This document shows positions 48,592-59,107 of a stretch of DNA of 64,000 nt, in pieces (the stretch's first letter is position 1; each line of letters opens with the position of its first letter). Below the pieces are notes generated by a model. That model was not told the DNA's origin. It ran no database searches and was given only the letters and a program-made list of their open reading frames with translations. The translations under genes were made by a program, and so were the position numbers. The stretch covers positions 163,131 to 227,130 of the forward strand of contig JAXMDA010000007.1 of the NCBI GenBank assembly GCA_046349085.1. Direction: 5' to 3'. Source of the stretch: Rhodoblastus sp. (GTDB taxonomy: Bacteria > Pseudomonadota > Alphaproteobacteria > Rhizobiales > Beijerinckiaceae).

Positions 48592-50232
48592 ATGTCGCCT
48601 CGCACGACCGCCGCGCGCCTCAGCGCGCCCGCTCTCGCTCTTGTCTTCTCGTCTTTGAGCGGCATCGCGATAGCGCAGACCAATATTGCGCTCGACAATC
48701 TGACGACGACCACCGAGAAGTCGAAACTCACCATCAAACATGTCGATTTCATCGGCGCGAACATCACGCCCGATGAAGCCCGGAAGCTGCTGACCGACGC
48801 GACTCGCGAGGAAGCCGCCGTCATCCTCGGCAAGCTCGAAGCCAGGCAGATCGTCGTACCCGAAGCGACCATCGGACCGAACGACGAGTCCGGCGCAATC
48901 GTGCTGCGCAACCTGCAGGTCGACGATGTCCGCAAGGGCGTGGCGGCGCGCCTCAGCCTCGCGTCGTTCGACGGCGACGGCAAGGACAAGACGGGCGGCC
49001 GCGTGACGCTGAAGGGCGGCGCGATCGCCTTCGACAAGCTGGACGCCGCCGCGATGATTGCGGCGCTGAAAAGCGGCGGTTCGCTGGAGGGGCTGCTGAA
49101 AGCCTCCCGCGTGACCGCGAACGGCGTCGAGATCGCCGCGCCAGACAAGGACACGCCAGCCGATGCGCCGGGCGGCAATATCGTCAGGCTCGGTATGGCG
49201 TCCTTCAACGCGGACCAGACATACGAAGGCGACACGCCGGCGCGCACGACGATGACCGTCAATGGATTGACGATCCAGTTGCCCAAGGCCTCGAAGGCCG
49301 GCGCGACGCTCGCCGCGGAGGGCTACGAACGCATCGAGACCAACTGGCGGTTCGGCGGCCTCTACGATCCTGCGCAGCGCGTCTACAGCGTCGACGAGTT
49401 TTCGGTCGACGCCCCGGGCGTCGCTGCGGTGCGGTTGCGTGGCAAGTTCGCCGACGTCGATCGCTCCGTGTTCAGCGGTTCCGTCGAGACGCGCGCGGCG
49501 GCGCTCGTCGGCGGCGCGATCGGCGAACTTGAATTGCGGGCGGTCAATGCCGGCGCGTTCGAAAAGATCCTCGCTTACGCCGCCAGGGACAAGAACAAGA
49601 CGCCGGCGCAACTTGTCGCCGAATGGAAGGCGATCACAGGCGCCATGGCGCCTGCGCTTGCCGGCGGCGATCCTGTCGGCGCCGCGGCGGGGCAGGCGCT
49701 CGCCAGATTTCTCGACAATCCCAGGAGCCTGACGATTGCGCTCAAGGGCAAGGCCGGGCCGGTCAAGGTCGTCGAGCTTTTCGCGGCGTCCAATCCGATG
49801 GCGCTGCTGCAGCGCGTAGACGTGGCCTTCTTCACGGATGAGGGCCAGGCCTCCGGCGCGCCCGCGCGCTCCGCGGCGCCCGTCGCGCAAGCGCCTCAGT
49901 CGCCTCCGCCCGCGCCACAGGCGCCGACCAAGCTCACCGGTCTTGCGGCATGGAGCGCGCTCGTCGGCAATACCGTCGCCGGCAAGGACTCCGACGGCGA
50001 CGACCTGTACGAGTTCTACAAGCCCGACGGAACGCTCAAGCAGCTTAACGACGAAACCGTGACGAGCGGAAAATGGGCGCTGAAGGGACAGAAGGTCTGC
50101 ATCGTCTATTCCGGCGAGGATGACGAGACCTGCTATCAGGTCGAGGTCTTCGGCGACGCGGCGACCTTCACCGACGACGACGGCGACGGCCAGCGCTACA
50201 AGATTCTGAAAGGAAACCCGAAGGGCCTGTAA
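48592..50232 (+). CDS. Large secreted protein of unknown function (546 aa), C-terminal DUF995-like module
   Basis: ATG at 48592. Signal peptide MSPRTTAARLSAPALALVFSSLSGIAIA-QT, Pro/Ala linker, C-terminal GKWALKGQKVCIVYSGEDDETCYQVE. Confidence 0.6.
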   Translation: MSPRTTAARLSAPALALVFSSLSGIAIAQTNIALDNLTTTTEKSKLTIKHVDFIGANITPDEARKLLTDATREEAAVILGKLEARQIVVPEATIGPNDESGAIVLRNLQVDDVRKGVAARLSLASFDGDGKDKTGGRVTLKGGAIAFDKLDAAAMIAALKSGGSLEGLLKASRVTANGVEIAAPDKDTPADAPGGNIVRLGMASFNADQTYEGDTPARTTMTVNGLTIQLPKASKAGATLAAEGYERIETNWRFGGLYDPAQRVYSVDEFSVDAPGVAAVRLRGKFADVDRSVFSGSVETRAAALVGGAIGELELRAVNAGAFEKILAYAARDKNKTPAQLVAEWKAITGAMAPALAGGDPVGAAAGQALARFLDNPRSLTIALKGKAGPVKVVELFAASNPMALLQRVDVAFFTDEGQASGAPARSAAPVAQAPQSPPPAPQAPTKLTGLAAWSALVGNTVAGKDSDGDDLYEFYKPDGTLKQLNDETVTSGKWALKGQKVCIVYSGEDDETCYQVEVFGDAATFTDDDGDGQRYKILKGNPKGL

Positions 50233-50267
50233 AAGGGCCTTCGCTTAACTCCGCGCGGCGGCGAAAG

Positions 50268-52460
50268 TCAGGCGGCCGCGTCTTCGGCCGGCGTGGCGGC
50301 GAGCGCCGGCCCCGTGTCCGGCAGGCGCGCGATCATGTCGATCAGCGCGCGGTCGTGCAGCGCCACCATCCGCTCTTTCGGATGAAGCCACGCGATGGCG
50401 TCGTCGATTGTCTCGGCCTCGTTGAGCTTGGCTTCGGCGAGCGCGCGCTCCGGCGTGATGTCGCCTTTCGCGCGCCGCTGATATTCCGGCAGAAACATCT
50501 CGTGCGCCACGCGAAACGCGGGGTCGGCGTGGATGATGCGGATGCAGTCGATGTGGTCGTCGTGCTCCGCCGAAAGCTCCTGCGCCAGCGCGTTGGCGCG
50601 CACGGCGATCGGCGGCACGTTGCGCTCCTCCGGCGTCGTCAGCAGGCCGATCCGGCGCAGGCCGAGGCCGATCGCAAGCTGCCCGCTCGCCCAGGATATC
50701 GGGATGGCGAAGATGAGGCCGGCGATCGTCGGCGACATCCACGCCACGAGCGACGTCGAGATCAGCAGGCCAGCCACCAGGCTGATGGCGCCGAGCGCCA
50801 TGTGCGAGCGGTGCTTGCGCACGATGGCCTTGAACGGGATCGAGCCGTCGTCGCGCCGCTGCGGATTCCAGCCGGTGTCGAAGCCGAACAAGATATTCAT
50901 CACATGGCCGGTCTGCACGAGCATCATGATCGGCGCGAGCAGCGCGGACATGACGATCTCGAGCAGCGACGAGATGATGAGGCGAAAGAAGCCGCCGCCG
51001 CCGCGCCGCGTCTCGCCGTCGATCAGCGCGAGGAACAGCCCGAAGAGCTTCGGCGCGAGCAGGATGCCCATCGTCAGGCCGAACAGGGCGAGCGACCGCT
51101 CCGCGTCGAACCGCGGCCAGGCCGGAAAGAGCGTGAAGTCGCTCGTGAAATATTCAGGGCGGATATAGGTCGCCTGCAGCACGATCATGATGCCGACGAC
51201 GAGCTGCATCAGCCACAGGGGCGACGCGAGATAACCGAAGATGCCGGTCAGGAAGTGCTGGCGCGAGGCCCAGTGCAGGCCCTTGGTCGGCAGGAGGCGG
51301 ACGTGCTGCAGATTGCCCTGGCACCAACGCCGGTCGCGCGAGGAAACGTCGATCAGCGACGGCGGGCTCTCCTCGTAGGAGCCCTTGAGCGTCGGCAGCA
51401 TGTAGACGGCGTAGCCGGCGCGCCGGATGAGGGCGGCTTCCACGAAATCGTGGCTGAGGATGTGCCCGCCGAACGGCGGCTTGCCGCGCAGATCGGGTAG
51501 CCCGCAATGCGCGGCGAAGGCGGCGGTGCGGATGATGGCGTTGTGGCCCCAGTAATTGCCGTCGCGGCCCATCCACGCGGAGAGGCCCGCCGCGATCACC
51601 GGTCCGTAGATGCGCGCCGCGAACTGCTGCACGCGCGCGAACAAGGTGTTGCGGTTGATGATGAGCGGCAGCGTCTGGATGATGCCGGAATCGGGATCGG
51701 CCTCCATGCGCTGGGCGAGCGTGACGATGGCGTGGCCGGTCATCAGGCTGTCGGCGTCGAGCACGACCATGTGCGGATAGGCGCCGCCCCAGCGCGTCAC
51801 GAAATCCGCGATATTGCCGGCCTTGCGGGCGGTGTTCTTCTGGCGGTGGCGATAGTAGACGCGGCAGTCGGGTCCAAGCCTCTCGCGCAGCGCGATCAGC
51901 GCGCGCTCCTCGGCGACCCAGATGTCGGGATCGGTGGTGTCGGAGAGGAAGAACCAGTCGAAGTGCGCGCCGAGGCCCGTCGCCTCGACGTCTTCCCAGA
52001 TCGCCTGCAGCGAGCCGAACACGCGGCTCGGCTCCTCGTTGTAGATCGGCATGACCACGGCGGTTTTCGCGTCCAGCGACGCCGGGGCGTCGAAGCGCTG
52101 GCGGCCGCGGATCAGCATCCAGAACAGGCCGACGACGCCGCTGGTGAAGGCGAGAGCGATCCACGAGAAATTGGCGAGAAACAGAACCAGCAGCGCCCAT
52201 TTCAGCAAGGTGACGCCGCCGACCTCGACGACCTTGTACATTTCGTGCGCGCCGTAGGCTGTCAGCGCCAGGCCGCCGCCGAACACCACGATCCGCGCAA
52301 GCCAGGGGCTGCGCATGTTGGCGGCCAGCAGCCATTTGCGCCGCGCCTTCTTGTCGAAGCGCGACAGGCTCTGCACCGGCATCGCGATCGGCGATTCCGG
52401 CGGCATCGTCGGCGCCATGGCCTGCGGGGCGCCCGGGCGGCTTTCGGTCAGGGCGTCCAT
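50268..52460 (-). CDS. opgH: Osmoregulated periplasmic glucan glucosyltransferase H
   Basis: TAVVMPIYNEEP, FLSDTTDPD, NTARKAGNIADF and VLDADSLM motifs. 730 aa, multi-TM. Confidence 0.9.
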   Translation of the reverse strand: MDALTESRPGAPQAMAPTMPPESPIAMPVQSLSRFDKKARRKWLLAANMRSPWLARIVVFGGGLALTAYGAHEMYKVVEVGGVTLLKWALLVLFLANFSWIALAFTSGVVGLFWMLIRGRQRFDAPASLDAKTAVVMPIYNEEPSRVFGSLQAIWEDVEATGLGAHFDWFFLSDTTDPDIWVAEERALIALRERLGPDCRVYYRHRQKNTARKAGNIADFVTRWGGAYPHMVVLDADSLMTGHAIVTLAQRMEADPDSGIIQTLPLIINRNTLFARVQQFAARIYGPVIAAGLSAWMGRDGNYWGHNAIIRTAAFAAHCGLPDLRGKPPFGGHILSHDFVEAALIRRAGYAVYMLPTLKGSYEESPPSLIDVSSRDRRWCQGNLQHVRLLPTKGLHWASRQHFLTGIFGYLASPLWLMQLVVGIMIVLQATYIRPEYFTSDFTLFPAWPRFDAERSLALFGLTMGILLAPKLFGLFLALIDGETRRGGGGFFRLIISSLLEIVMSALLAPIMMLVQTGHVMNILFGFDTGWNPQRRDDGSIPFKAIVRKHRSHMALGAISLVAGLLISTSLVAWMSPTIAGLIFAIPISWASGQLAIGLGLRRIGLLTTPEERNVPPIAVRANALAQELSAEHDDHIDCIRIIHADPAFRVAHEMFLPEYQRRAKGDITPERALAEAKLNEAETIDDAIAWLHPKERMVALHDRALIDMIARLPDTGPALAATPAEDAAA

Positions 52461-53974
52461 CTGTAGAGCCAGGTCTCGCTCACGGGTTTGCCGTCGGCCT
52501 CGAGCACGAGGCGAATTTCGGATTGCGTCTCCGCGCCGGGGTCAAGTTCGAACACGACGCGATAGGTCTTGCGATCGCGGTAAAGATAGGTGCGCACCGC
52601 CGCGATTGAACCGGGTCCGGCGGTCAGGGCCGGCTTGATGTCGCGCAACGCCTGCGGATCGGCGAGGGCGTCGCCGGAAAAGGCGACGATGAACTTGCGC
52701 CTCTTGCCGCCGCCGCGCCCGCCGCGCGAATCCGTCACGCGCAGCAGCGGCGGCTGCGACGGCGGGTCCCAGCACCAGAACTGCCGATAGGCCCAGGAGT
52801 TTTCAGCGCCGGCCGTCAGCCCGCCCTTCGGCCGCCAGTAGGCGATGCAATTGCTGTTGGTCTCGGATTCCGCGGGAATTTCGGTCAGCGTCACCACGCC
52901 TGCGCCGAACTCGCTGAGAGGCTCGATCCAGAGCGAGGGCCGCATCTCCCATTTCAGTTCGTCGTCCTCGTAGGATTCGAAGTCCCGATTGCGCATCAGG
53001 AAGCCGAAACCCTTCGGCTTTTCATCGACGAAGGACGAAATCTGCAACGTCTGCCGGTTGGTCACGGGACGCCAGATCCATTCGTCCTTGCCGCTGTTCA
53101 TGTGCAGGCCGTTGACGTCGGCGATGGTCGGGCGGACATCGTCCGGGCGGCGCCGGTCGAGCGGCGAGGAAATGCTCGTCGCGCTCATCGAGGCGATGCC
53201 GACGTTTTCGACGGTGGCGCGCGGGACGAGCGTCAATTCCGTGTCGATGATGATCGCTTCGCCCGGCCGGATGGTGAATCGGTAGGCGCCGGCCACGCTT
53301 TCGGAATCCAGCAGCGCGTGCACCACCAGAGCGTTGCTGGCGAGCGTCGGCTTTTCGATCCACACCGCCTTGAATTGCGGAAATTCCTCGCCGCGCGGAT
53401 CGGCCGTCTTCACCGAAAGGCCGCGCGCCTGCACGCCGAGCGTCTGCCCCGGCGCGCGCGCCTTGAAGAAACTGGCGCCCTGGAAGATGGCGACCTCCGC
53501 AAGCCGGCCTTCGCGTGGAACAAGCACGCGAAAACCCGAAAAACCGATGTCCGGCAATTCCTGCGGCGTCTTGATCGACCCGAACTCGAAATCCGCCGGA
53601 CTGTAGGCGAGCCGGCGCGACAGGCCGTTCTCGACGAGCTGGATCATCATATGGGAGTTGTAGATGAACCCGCGATGAAGGGGCTCGATCACGAAACCGA
53701 CCTTGTCGTCGGCCCAGATCAGCTTTTCCCGGCGGTAACGCAGCCCGACATACTGGTCGAAATTGAGGCCGTTGAAGGCGTCCGGCAGATCGGTCGGCGA
53801 GGGCTTGTAGGCCGTCTTGGAGAAGCTGCGGGCCAGATCCAGCACCATGTTCTGCTGGAAGGGCGCCGGCTGTTCGGGCTGTCCCTGCGTCTGGGCGAAG
53901 GCGGGCGACGAAAGCAGCAGGCCTGCCCCGCTCGCAACGCCCTTCAGCACGTCTCGACGCACGATCATGGACAA
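52448..53974 (-). CDS. Periplasmic glucan biosynthesis protein, OpgG/OpgD family (Tat-like signal RRDVLKG)
   Basis: 508 aa MdoG-family sequence. It overlaps the opgH start by 13 nt, suggesting an operon. Confidence 0.88.
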   Translation of the reverse strand: MSMIVRRDVLKGVASGAGLLLSSPAFAQTQGQPEQPAPFQQNMVLDLARSFSKTAYKPSPTDLPDAFNGLNFDQYVGLRYRREKLIWADDKVGFVIEPLHRGFIYNSHMMIQLVENGLSRRLAYSPADFEFGSIKTPQELPDIGFSGFRVLVPREGRLAEVAIFQGASFFKARAPGQTLGVQARGLSVKTADPRGEEFPQFKAVWIEKPTLASNALVVHALLDSESVAGAYRFTIRPGEAIIIDTELTLVPRATVENVGIASMSATSISSPLDRRRPDDVRPTIADVNGLHMNSGKDEWIWRPVTNRQTLQISSFVDEKPKGFGFLMRNRDFESYEDDELKWEMRPSLWIEPLSEFGAGVVTLTEIPAESETNSNCIAYWRPKGGLTAGAENSWAYRQFWCWDPPSQPPLLRVTDSRGGRGGGKRRKFIVAFSGDALADPQALRDIKPALTAGPGSIAAVRTYLYRDRKTYRVVFELDPGAETQSEIRLVLEADGKPVSETWLYRWTP

Positions 53975-54147
53975 ACAGACTTTCCGAAAGACGCAGGCGT
54001 GACCATCGCGCGAACGTAGGATATCTGACGCAGCCCGAGCCGGTCGAGCGGGGCCGCGATCCTTCCGCGCTCAACGGCCCGTGTTTATACTGTTCAAATG
54101 TTTTGGCAACGGCGTCCGCCGCTTGCGCGCCTCTCCCGGAGATTGAA

Positions 54148-55494
54148 ATGCCGTCTGCCCGCCGCTGCATCGCTATTGTCCTGGCCGCAGGCGAGGGCGT
54201 GCGGATGCGGTCCGCGACGCCGAAAGTGCTGCATCAGGTCGCAGGCCGCAGCATGGTGGCCCATGTCGTGGGGGCCGTTGCCGCCGCGGGCGCCGACGCC
54301 GTCGCTCTCGTGGTCGGCCCGGGTCGCGAAGATGTGGCCGCCGCCGCGCGGGCCGTCGCGCCCGGGGCGGAGATTTTCGTCCAGACCGAGCGGCTCGGCA
54401 CCGCCCACGCCGTGCTGGCGGCGCGCGCCGCGCTTGAACGCGGCTATGACGACGTCCTGATCGCCTTCGCCGACACCCCCCTCATCCGTCCCGAAACCTT
54501 CGCCGGTCTGCGCGCCGCCGTCGCGGAGGGCGCAGCCGTGGCCGCCCTCGGCTTTCTGGCGGCCGATCCCATGGGCTATGGCCGCCTGCTGCTCGGCGCG
54601 GACGGCGGCCTTGTCGCCATTCGCGAGCACAAGGATGCGACGGAGGCCGAACGCGAGACCAGGCTCTGCAACGCCGGCCTGATGGCGCTCGATGGCGCGC
54701 GCGCGCTGGAATTGCTCGACGCCGTCGGCAATTCCAACGTGCAGAAGGAATATTACCTGACCGACGTGGTCGCCGGCGCCCGCTCGCGCAACCTGAAGGC
54801 GACCCACCGCGAGGCCCCCGAGAGCGAGGTGCTCGGCGTCAACGACCGCGTCCAGCTCGCCGCCGCCGAGGCCGGGGCGCAGAAGCGGCTGCGCGAGGCG
54901 GCGATGCGCGCGGGCGCGACGCTGATCGCGCCGGACAGCGTGCATTTCAGCGCCGACACCAGGCTCGGCCGCGACGTCGTCGTCGAGCCGCATGTGGTCT
55001 TCGGTCCCGGCGTGGAAGTCGCCGACGGCGTGACGATCCGCGCCTTCTCGCATCTGGAAGGCGCGCGGGTCGAGACCGGAGCGACCGTCGGCCCCTTCGC
55101 GCGACTGCGCCCGGGCGCGAAAATCGAGGCGGACGCGCATATCGGCAATTTCGTGGAGATCAAGGCCTCGACGGTCGGCGTCGGCGCCAAGGTCAATCAT
55201 CTCGCCTACATCGGCGACGCCTCGGTAGGGGCGAAGTCGAACATCGGCGCCGGCGTCATCACCTGCAATTACGACGGTTTCGGCAAATACCGCACCGAGA
55301 TCGGAGAGGGCGCCTTTGTCGGCACCAACTCGTCTCTCGTCGCGCCGGTGAAGATCGGCGCCGGCGCCTATATCGGCTCGGGCTCGGTCATCACGGACGA
55401 CGTCGAAGCTGAGGCGCTGGCGCTCGGGCGCGGGCGACAGGTGCAGAAGCCCGGTTGGGCGACCGCCTTCCGGGCTTCCCGGCGCAAGGCCTGA
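54148..55494 (+). CDS. glmU: Bifunctional UDP-N-acetylglucosamine diphosphorylase / glucosamine-1-phosphate N-acetyltransferase
   Basis: ATG at 54148. [20 protein letters not shown], followed by C-terminal hexapeptide repeats. Confidence 0.9.
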   Translation: MPSARRCIAIVLAAGEGVRMRSATPKVLHQVAGRSMVAHVVGAVAAAGADAVALVVGPGREDVAAAARAVAPGAEIFVQTERLGTAHAVLAARAALERGYDDVLIAFADTPLIRPETFAGLRAAVAEGAAVAALGFLAADPMGYGRLLLGADGGLVAIREHKDATEAERETRLCNAGLMALDGARALELLDAVGNSNVQKEYYLTDVVAGARSRNLKATHREAPESEVLGVNDRVQLAAAEAGAQKRLREAAMRAGATLIAPDSVHFSADTRLGRDVVVEPHVVFGPGVEVADGVTIRAFSHLEGARVETGATVGPFARLRPGAKIEADAHIGNFVEIKASTVGVGAKVNHLAYIGDASVGAKSNIGAGVITCNYDGFGKYRTEIGEGAFVGTNSSLVAPVKIGAGAYIGSGSVITDDVEAEALALGRGRQVQKPGWATAFRASRRKA

Positions 55495-55497
55495 CGG

Positions 55498-55743
55498 TCA
55501 GGGCGTACACGGCACGGGGCCGCGATGCACGCCGTTTTCGTCGACCGTCGCCTGCCATTCGTGATTCGCTTTGGCCTGGGCGAACATCTCTTCGCAGATC
55601 GCCGCATGGCCGGAGCCTGCCCGCTTCATGCAGATATTGAAGATGCTCTGACAGGTGGGCCGCTTGCGTTCCTGCGCCTGCGCGACGCCGCCCGCCATGA
55701 AAGCCGCGAGGGCGAGAACAGACAGGCTGCGCGTGAACGTCAT
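55498..55743 (-). CDS. Small secreted Cys-containing protein (81 aa), unknown function
   Basis: Internal ATG at 55743. Signal peptide MTFTRSLSVLALAAFMAGGVAQA and four Cys. Sits antisense between glmU and glmS. Confidence 0.5.
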   Translation of the reverse strand: MTFTRSLSVLALAAFMAGGVAQAQERKRPTCQSIFNICMKRAGSGHAAICEEMFAQAKANHEWQATVDENGVHRGPVPCTP

Positions 55744-55952
55744 GACGGGCTCCAGGCGATGAAGGCGCCGAGGCCGATTCCCGCGCCGGCCTCGCAATGG
55801 CCACATAGCTTGGCCGAAATGATGGCGGGCGGCCAGATGTTTTTCGCTTTGGAGAACGACGGTGCAAGGGCGCTCCCGATTTGCGCTTGCGTCGGCGCCA
55901 GCGGCCTTCTAGCTCTTGTGCGGCCGGACGACAGGGAAAGTGACGTCGCGAA

Positions 55953-57779
55953 ATGTGCGGAATAGTCGGAATTCTCGGCAACGAGCCGGTCGCCGGCGAT
56001 ATCGTGGAGGCGCTGCGGCGCCTGGAATATCGCGGCTACGATTCGGCCGGCGTCGCCACGCTGGAGAACGGGCGCCTGACGCGCCGCCGCGCCGAGGGCA
56101 AGCTGCGCAATCTCGGCGACCGCCTCGCGCGCGAGCCTCTGATGGGCCATAGCGGCATCGGCCACACCCGCTGGGCGACGCATGGCCGCCCCAACGAGAC
56201 CAACGCGCATCCGCACGCCAACGACCGCGTCGCGGTCGTGCACAACGGCATCATCGAGAATTTTCGTGAATTGCGCGAGGGGTTGCGCGCCAAGGGCCAC
56301 ACGTTCCTGACCGAGACCGATACGGAAGTGGTCGCCCATCTCGTCGCCGAGGAGATGAAGGGGCGCAATTCGGCAATCGAGGCCGTGGCCGCAGCGCTGC
56401 CGCAATTGCGCGGCGCCTTCGCGCTCGCCTTCCTGTTCGAGGGCGAGGCCGATCTGCTGGTCGGCGCGCGCCGTGGCTCGCCGCTCGCCGTCGGTTGGGG
56501 CGAGGGGCGGATGTATCTCGGCTCCGATGCGCTCGCGTTGGCGCCCTTCACGCAGGACGTCACCTATCTCGACGAGGGCGACTGGGTCGTGCTCACCCGC
56601 AAGGGCGCCGAATTCCACGACGCGTCCGGCGCAAAGGTCGAGCGCCCGCGCATCCGCACGCAGGCTTCGGCCTTTCTCGTCGACAAGGGCGAGCATCGCC
56701 ATTTCATGGCGAAGGAAATCCACGAGCAGCCGGAGGTCGTCGGCCGCACGCTCGCCCACTACCTCGACATGTCCGGCGGCAAGGTCGCGCTGCCCTTCGC
56801 GCTGCCCTTCGACGCCAAGGCGCTCAACCGGGTGACGCTCACCGCCTGCGGCACCGCCTATTACGCCGGCCTGATCGCGCGCTACTGGTTCGAGCGCTTC
56901 GCGCGTCTGCCCGTGGACATCGACGTCGCTTCGGAATTTCGCTACCGCGAGGCGCCGCTGCAAGGCGACGGGCTCGCCATCGTCATTTCGCAATCCGGCG
57001 AGACGGCGGACACGCTCGCCTCGCTGCGCTACGCCAAGAGCCAGCGCCAGCACATCCTGTCCGTCGTCAATGTGCAGACCTCGACCATCGCGCGCGAGAG
57101 CGAACTGGTCGCCCCGACGCTTGCGGGTCCCGAAATCGGCGTGGCCTCGACCAAGGCTTTCACCTGTCAGCTCTCCGTGCTGGCGTGTCTGGCCATCGCG
57201 CTTGGCCGCGCGCGCGGCGTGCTGAGCGTCGAAGATGAATCGCGCCTCGTTGGCGAGCTTATCGCCGTGCCGGGCCTGATCGCGGACGCGCTCGCCGGGG
57301 AAGGCGACATCGAGAAGATCGCGCACGGCCTCGCCAATGCGAAGAGCGCCCTTTATCTCGGCCGCGGCGGATCGTTTCCGCTCGCGCTCGAAGGCGCGCT
57401 GAAGCTCAAGGAAATCTCCTACATTCACGCCGAGGGCTATGCCGCGGGCGAACTGAAGCATGGTCCGATCGCGCTGATCGACGAGGACATGCCGGTCATC
57501 GTCATCGCGCCCAAGGACCCCTGGCTCGAGAAGACCGTGTCGAACGTGCAGGAAGTCGCCGCCCGCGGCGGCCGCATCGTCCTCATCGGCGACGAAGAGG
57601 CCGAAACGGAGCTTGCGACGGAGCTTGCGGGCAGCGTGCTGCTCAAGCCGATGGCGTCGGATTTTTCGGCGATCGTCTACGCCGTGCCCGTGCAATTGCT
57701 CGCCTATCACGCCGCCGTCTTCATGGGCAAGGACGTCGACCAGCCGCGCAATCTGGCGAAAAGCGTCACCGTCGAGTGA
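55953..57779 (+). CDS. glmS: Glutamine--fructose-6-phosphate aminotransferase
   Basis: MCGIVGILG N-terminal nucleophile, two SIS domains, C-terminal KSVTVE. Confidence 0.95.
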   Translation: MCGIVGILGNEPVAGDIVEALRRLEYRGYDSAGVATLENGRLTRRRAEGKLRNLGDRLAREPLMGHSGIGHTRWATHGRPNETNAHPHANDRVAVVHNGIIENFRELREGLRAKGHTFLTETDTEVVAHLVAEEMKGRNSAIEAVAAALPQLRGAFALAFLFEGEADLLVGARRGSPLAVGWGEGRMYLGSDALALAPFTQDVTYLDEGDWVVLTRKGAEFHDASGAKVERPRIRTQASAFLVDKGEHRHFMAKEIHEQPEVVGRTLAHYLDMSGGKVALPFALPFDAKALNRVTLTACGTAYYAGLIARYWFERFARLPVDIDVASEFRYREAPLQGDGLAIVISQSGETADTLASLRYAKSQRQHILSVVNVQTSTIARESELVAPTLAGPEIGVASTKAFTCQLSVLACLAIALGRARGVLSVEDESRLVGELIAVPGLIADALAGEGDIEKIAHGLANAKSALYLGRGGSFPLALEGALKLKEISYIHAEGYAAGELKHGPIALIDEDMPVIVIAPKDPWLEKTVSNVQEVAARGGRIVLIGDEEAETELATELAGSVLLKPMASDFSAIVYAVPVQLLAYHAAVFMGKDVDQPRNLAKSVTVE

Positions 57780-57786
57780 CGCGCGT

Positions 57787-57933
57787 TCAGTAGATCGAGG
57801 CCAGCAGGATCAGCGCGAAGACGACGCCTGCGACGACGCTCCACAATACGCGCAGAAAGCCGTGATAATTTTCGAGATGAACGGCGTATTCGCGCTCGTC
57901 CGTCGTCTCGGGAGCATGATCGATCATCGCCAT
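57787..57933 (-). CDS. Small membrane protein resembling aa3-type cytochrome oxidase subunit IV (48 aa)
   Basis: ATG at 57933 with GGAGG RBS. MAMIDHAPETTDEREYAVHLENYHGFLRVLWSVVAGVVFALILLASIY: acidic N-terminus plus a single TM, as in the alphaproteobacterial COX4 small-subunit family. Confidence 0.55.
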   Translation of the reverse strand: MAMIDHAPETTDEREYAVHLENYHGFLRVLWSVVAGVVFALILLASIY

Positions 57934-57997
57934 GGCGACCTCCTGCCTCCCCGCACGGCGGAAAATAGGACGGTCGCGCACATAGTGTAGCGCGCCG

Positions 57998-58960
57998 CTA
58001 CGCCGCCGCGGCGAAGCGGTCGGCGAGCCAGGCCTCCGCCGCGCTGCGACCGGCGTCGCGCAGGCGGGTGAGGAAGCGCCAATCGAGATCGGCGGCGCTG
58101 CGGCTGGCAAGATCGGCGATCTCGTCTTCCGCCGCGAGCCGGTCGATGCGCAATCCGCGCAGCTTCGGCGTCGCGCGCAGACTTGCGCCGAGCCGCAACG
58201 CTTCGAGCTCGGCGTTCAGCGTCGCGTTGAACGATATGTGCTCGAGCCGCTTGACGATATCGCCGCGATTGGTGGGCGTGGCGTGGCTGCGCGCCGGCGT
58301 CACCTGCACGATCAGCACGTCGAGCGCGTCGGATTCGTGTACGAGCTGCACCAGCGGCGGATTGGAGGAATAACCGCCGTCCCAATAACCGTCGCCGTCG
58401 ATCTCGACCGTTCGGTGGATCAACGGCAGGCAGGCGGAGGCCAGAATCGTGTCGACCGTCAGCTCCTCGTTGCGGAAGATGCGCAGGGCGCCATCGGAGA
58501 CCCGCGTCGTGGCGATGAGAAGACGGGGACCGCCGGCGCCGCGCAGGCGCGCGAAATCGATCTCGCCCTCGAGCGCGCGGCGCAGCGGATTGAGATCGAA
58601 CGGATTGAAATGATATGGCGAAAGCGCCTGCGCCAGCGCCTCGACGCCGGGCGGGATGACCGACAGAGGCAGGAACGCGGATGAGACGCTCATCCGTCGC
58701 CAGAAATGTTCCAGTTTCTCGCGCGCGCCGTCGCGCCCGCCTTCGACCAGGCCGGCGGCCATCAGGGTGGCGTTGACCGCGCCGGCGCTCGCCCCGCTGA
58801 TCGCATCGAAGCGCAGGTCCGGTTGTTCGAGCAGCCGGTCGAGCACGCCCCAGGTGAAGGCCCCGTAGGAGCCGCCGCCTTGCAGGGCGAGCGACAGGAG
58901 CGGGGCCGCCGGCGCGGCGCGCCCGGTCAGCGCGTTGAGCGCCTGGTCCAGAAGCCGCAT
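57998..58960 (-). CDS. Patatin-like phospholipase
   Basis: LQGGGSYGAFTWGVL (oxyanion GGG), GASAG nucleophile elbow, DGG catalytic Asp context (WDGGYSSNPP). Confidence 0.8.
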   Translation of the reverse strand: MRLLDQALNALTGRAAPAAPLLSLALQGGGSYGAFTWGVLDRLLEQPDLRFDAISGASAGAVNATLMAAGLVEGGRDGAREKLEHFWRRMSVSSAFLPLSVIPPGVEALAQALSPYHFNPFDLNPLRRALEGEIDFARLRGAGGPRLLIATTRVSDGALRIFRNEELTVDTILASACLPLIHRTVEIDGDGYWDGGYSSNPPLVQLVHESDALDVLIVQVTPARSHATPTNRGDIVKRLEHISFNATLNAELEALRLGASLRATPKLRGLRIDRLAAEDEIADLASRSAADLDWRFLTRLRDAGRSAAEAWLADRFAAAA

Positions 58961-59107
58961 GAAATCCCTTTCCGTTCAATGATGAAGGAAATTGTGCATT
59001 GCAACATGGACTTTGTAAGGCCGAATTCAAGACCGGTCGAGCCCGATTTACGCGCAATTCATCGAACTGCCGGAAAATGAAGTCCTTCCGGAGCCTTACG
59101 TGAGGAA

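Noticed and set aside
57998-58960. Patatin-like phospholipase as a possible CBASS or other defence effector
   Set aside because: No cyclase, sensor or other defence-associated partner is adjacent. The flanking genes are housekeeping or envelope functions, so I treat it as an ordinary lipase.
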